NCBI GenBank assembly: GCA_036676495.1 | Contig: JAKFCT010000067.1 | Coordinates: 1 to 64,000, forward strand | DNA length: 64,000 bases | Reading direction: 5' to 3' | Origin: Candidatus Sericytochromatia bacterium | GTDB taxonomy: Bacteria > Cyanobacteriota > Sericytochromatia > S15B-MN24 > UBA4093 | Shown: piece after piece, positions 63,512 to 64,000 of the stretch | Layout of the letters: each line of letters begins with the position of its first letter | Numbering within the stretch: the first letter of the stretch is position 1 | Program-made: the position numbers and the translations under genes | The notes under the pieces: generated by a model | Told to the model about the DNA's origin: nothing | What the model saw: only the letters and a program-made list of their open reading frames with translations | The model's database searches: none

Positions 63512-64000
63512 ATGTACGACATCGCCATCATCGGAGCCGGCCCCGCCGGAGCGACGGCCGCCCTCTACGCCGCCAAGGCCGGCAAGAAGACCCTGCTCGT
63601 CGACGACGGGAAGTCGGTCACCAAGCGCGCCCTGATGAAGAACTACTACGGCCTCTTGGAGGTCACCGGCCCCGAGCTGGTGGAGACCGGCAAGAAGCAG
63701 GTCGAAGCGCTCGGCGGAGAGCTCGTCGAAGCCACGGTCAGCGCGCTCGAGAGCATCGCGGGCGGCGTCCGGCTGCAGGTGGGCGATCGCCCGATCGAGG
63801 CCAAGCACGTCATCCTCGCCACCGGCATGGTTGCAAGCCTCGCGGAAGCCAGCGGCATCACCACCAAGCCCGGCACCGAGCCCCGCATCAAGACCATCGT
63901 CGACGTCGACGCGCAGGGCAAGACCAACGTCCCGAACGTCTGGGCCGCCGGCACGATCGCGGGCGTCAGCATGCACGTGATCATCACGGCCGGAGACGGG
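63512..64000 (+). CDS. Thioredoxin-reductase-like FAD oxidoreductase, truncated by window edge
   Basis: MYDIAIIGAGPAG, ILATG and TNVPNVWAAG; RBS AAGGAG. Confidence 0.85.
   Translation, partial: MYDIAIIGAGPAGATAALYAAKAGKKTLLVDDGKSVTKRALMKNYYGLLEVTGPELVETGKKQVEALGGELVEATVSALESIAGGVRLQVGDRPIEAKHVILATGMVASLAEASGITTKPGTEPRIKTIVDVDAQGKTNVPNVWAAGTIAGVSMHVIITAGDG

Overview
High-GC bacterial chromosomal window from a diderm organism. A non-photosynthetic cyanobacterial relative such as Sericytochromatia is plausible, but that is only inferred from gene style. 1-21.7 kb is mostly core genes (hflX, ahcY, lptC-A-B-F/G, fbaB, xth, LolD-like ABC ATPase, LCP), interspersed with uncharacterised secreted or effector-like proteins, including one with six exact 126-aa repeats. 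tRNA-Asn(GTT) at 21794-21866 is an integration hotspot. A 15.9-kb element is bounded by an exact 43-bp repeat of the tRNA 3' half (21825-21867 and 37725-37767), and two further degenerate copies lie at about 22015 and 42387. The element encodes three tyrosine recombinases (one fused to an excisionase-type HTH), a DUF3631-like NTPase with an HNH-like motif and an XRE regulator. Its cargo looks defence-related: a TIGR02391 protein, a SNIPE/PD-lambda-1-like TM-DUF4041-GIY-YIG nuclease, and an AT-rich coupled operon of an RsbW-like HATPase kinase, a STAS protein and a PIN nuclease. This operon is the best candidate here for a poorly described system, possibly a phosphorylation-controlled, partner-switching toxin or defence module. 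Downstream (38-64 kb) is an accessory tract of stress, detoxification and resistance genes. All family assignments come from motif recognition by eye; no searches were run.
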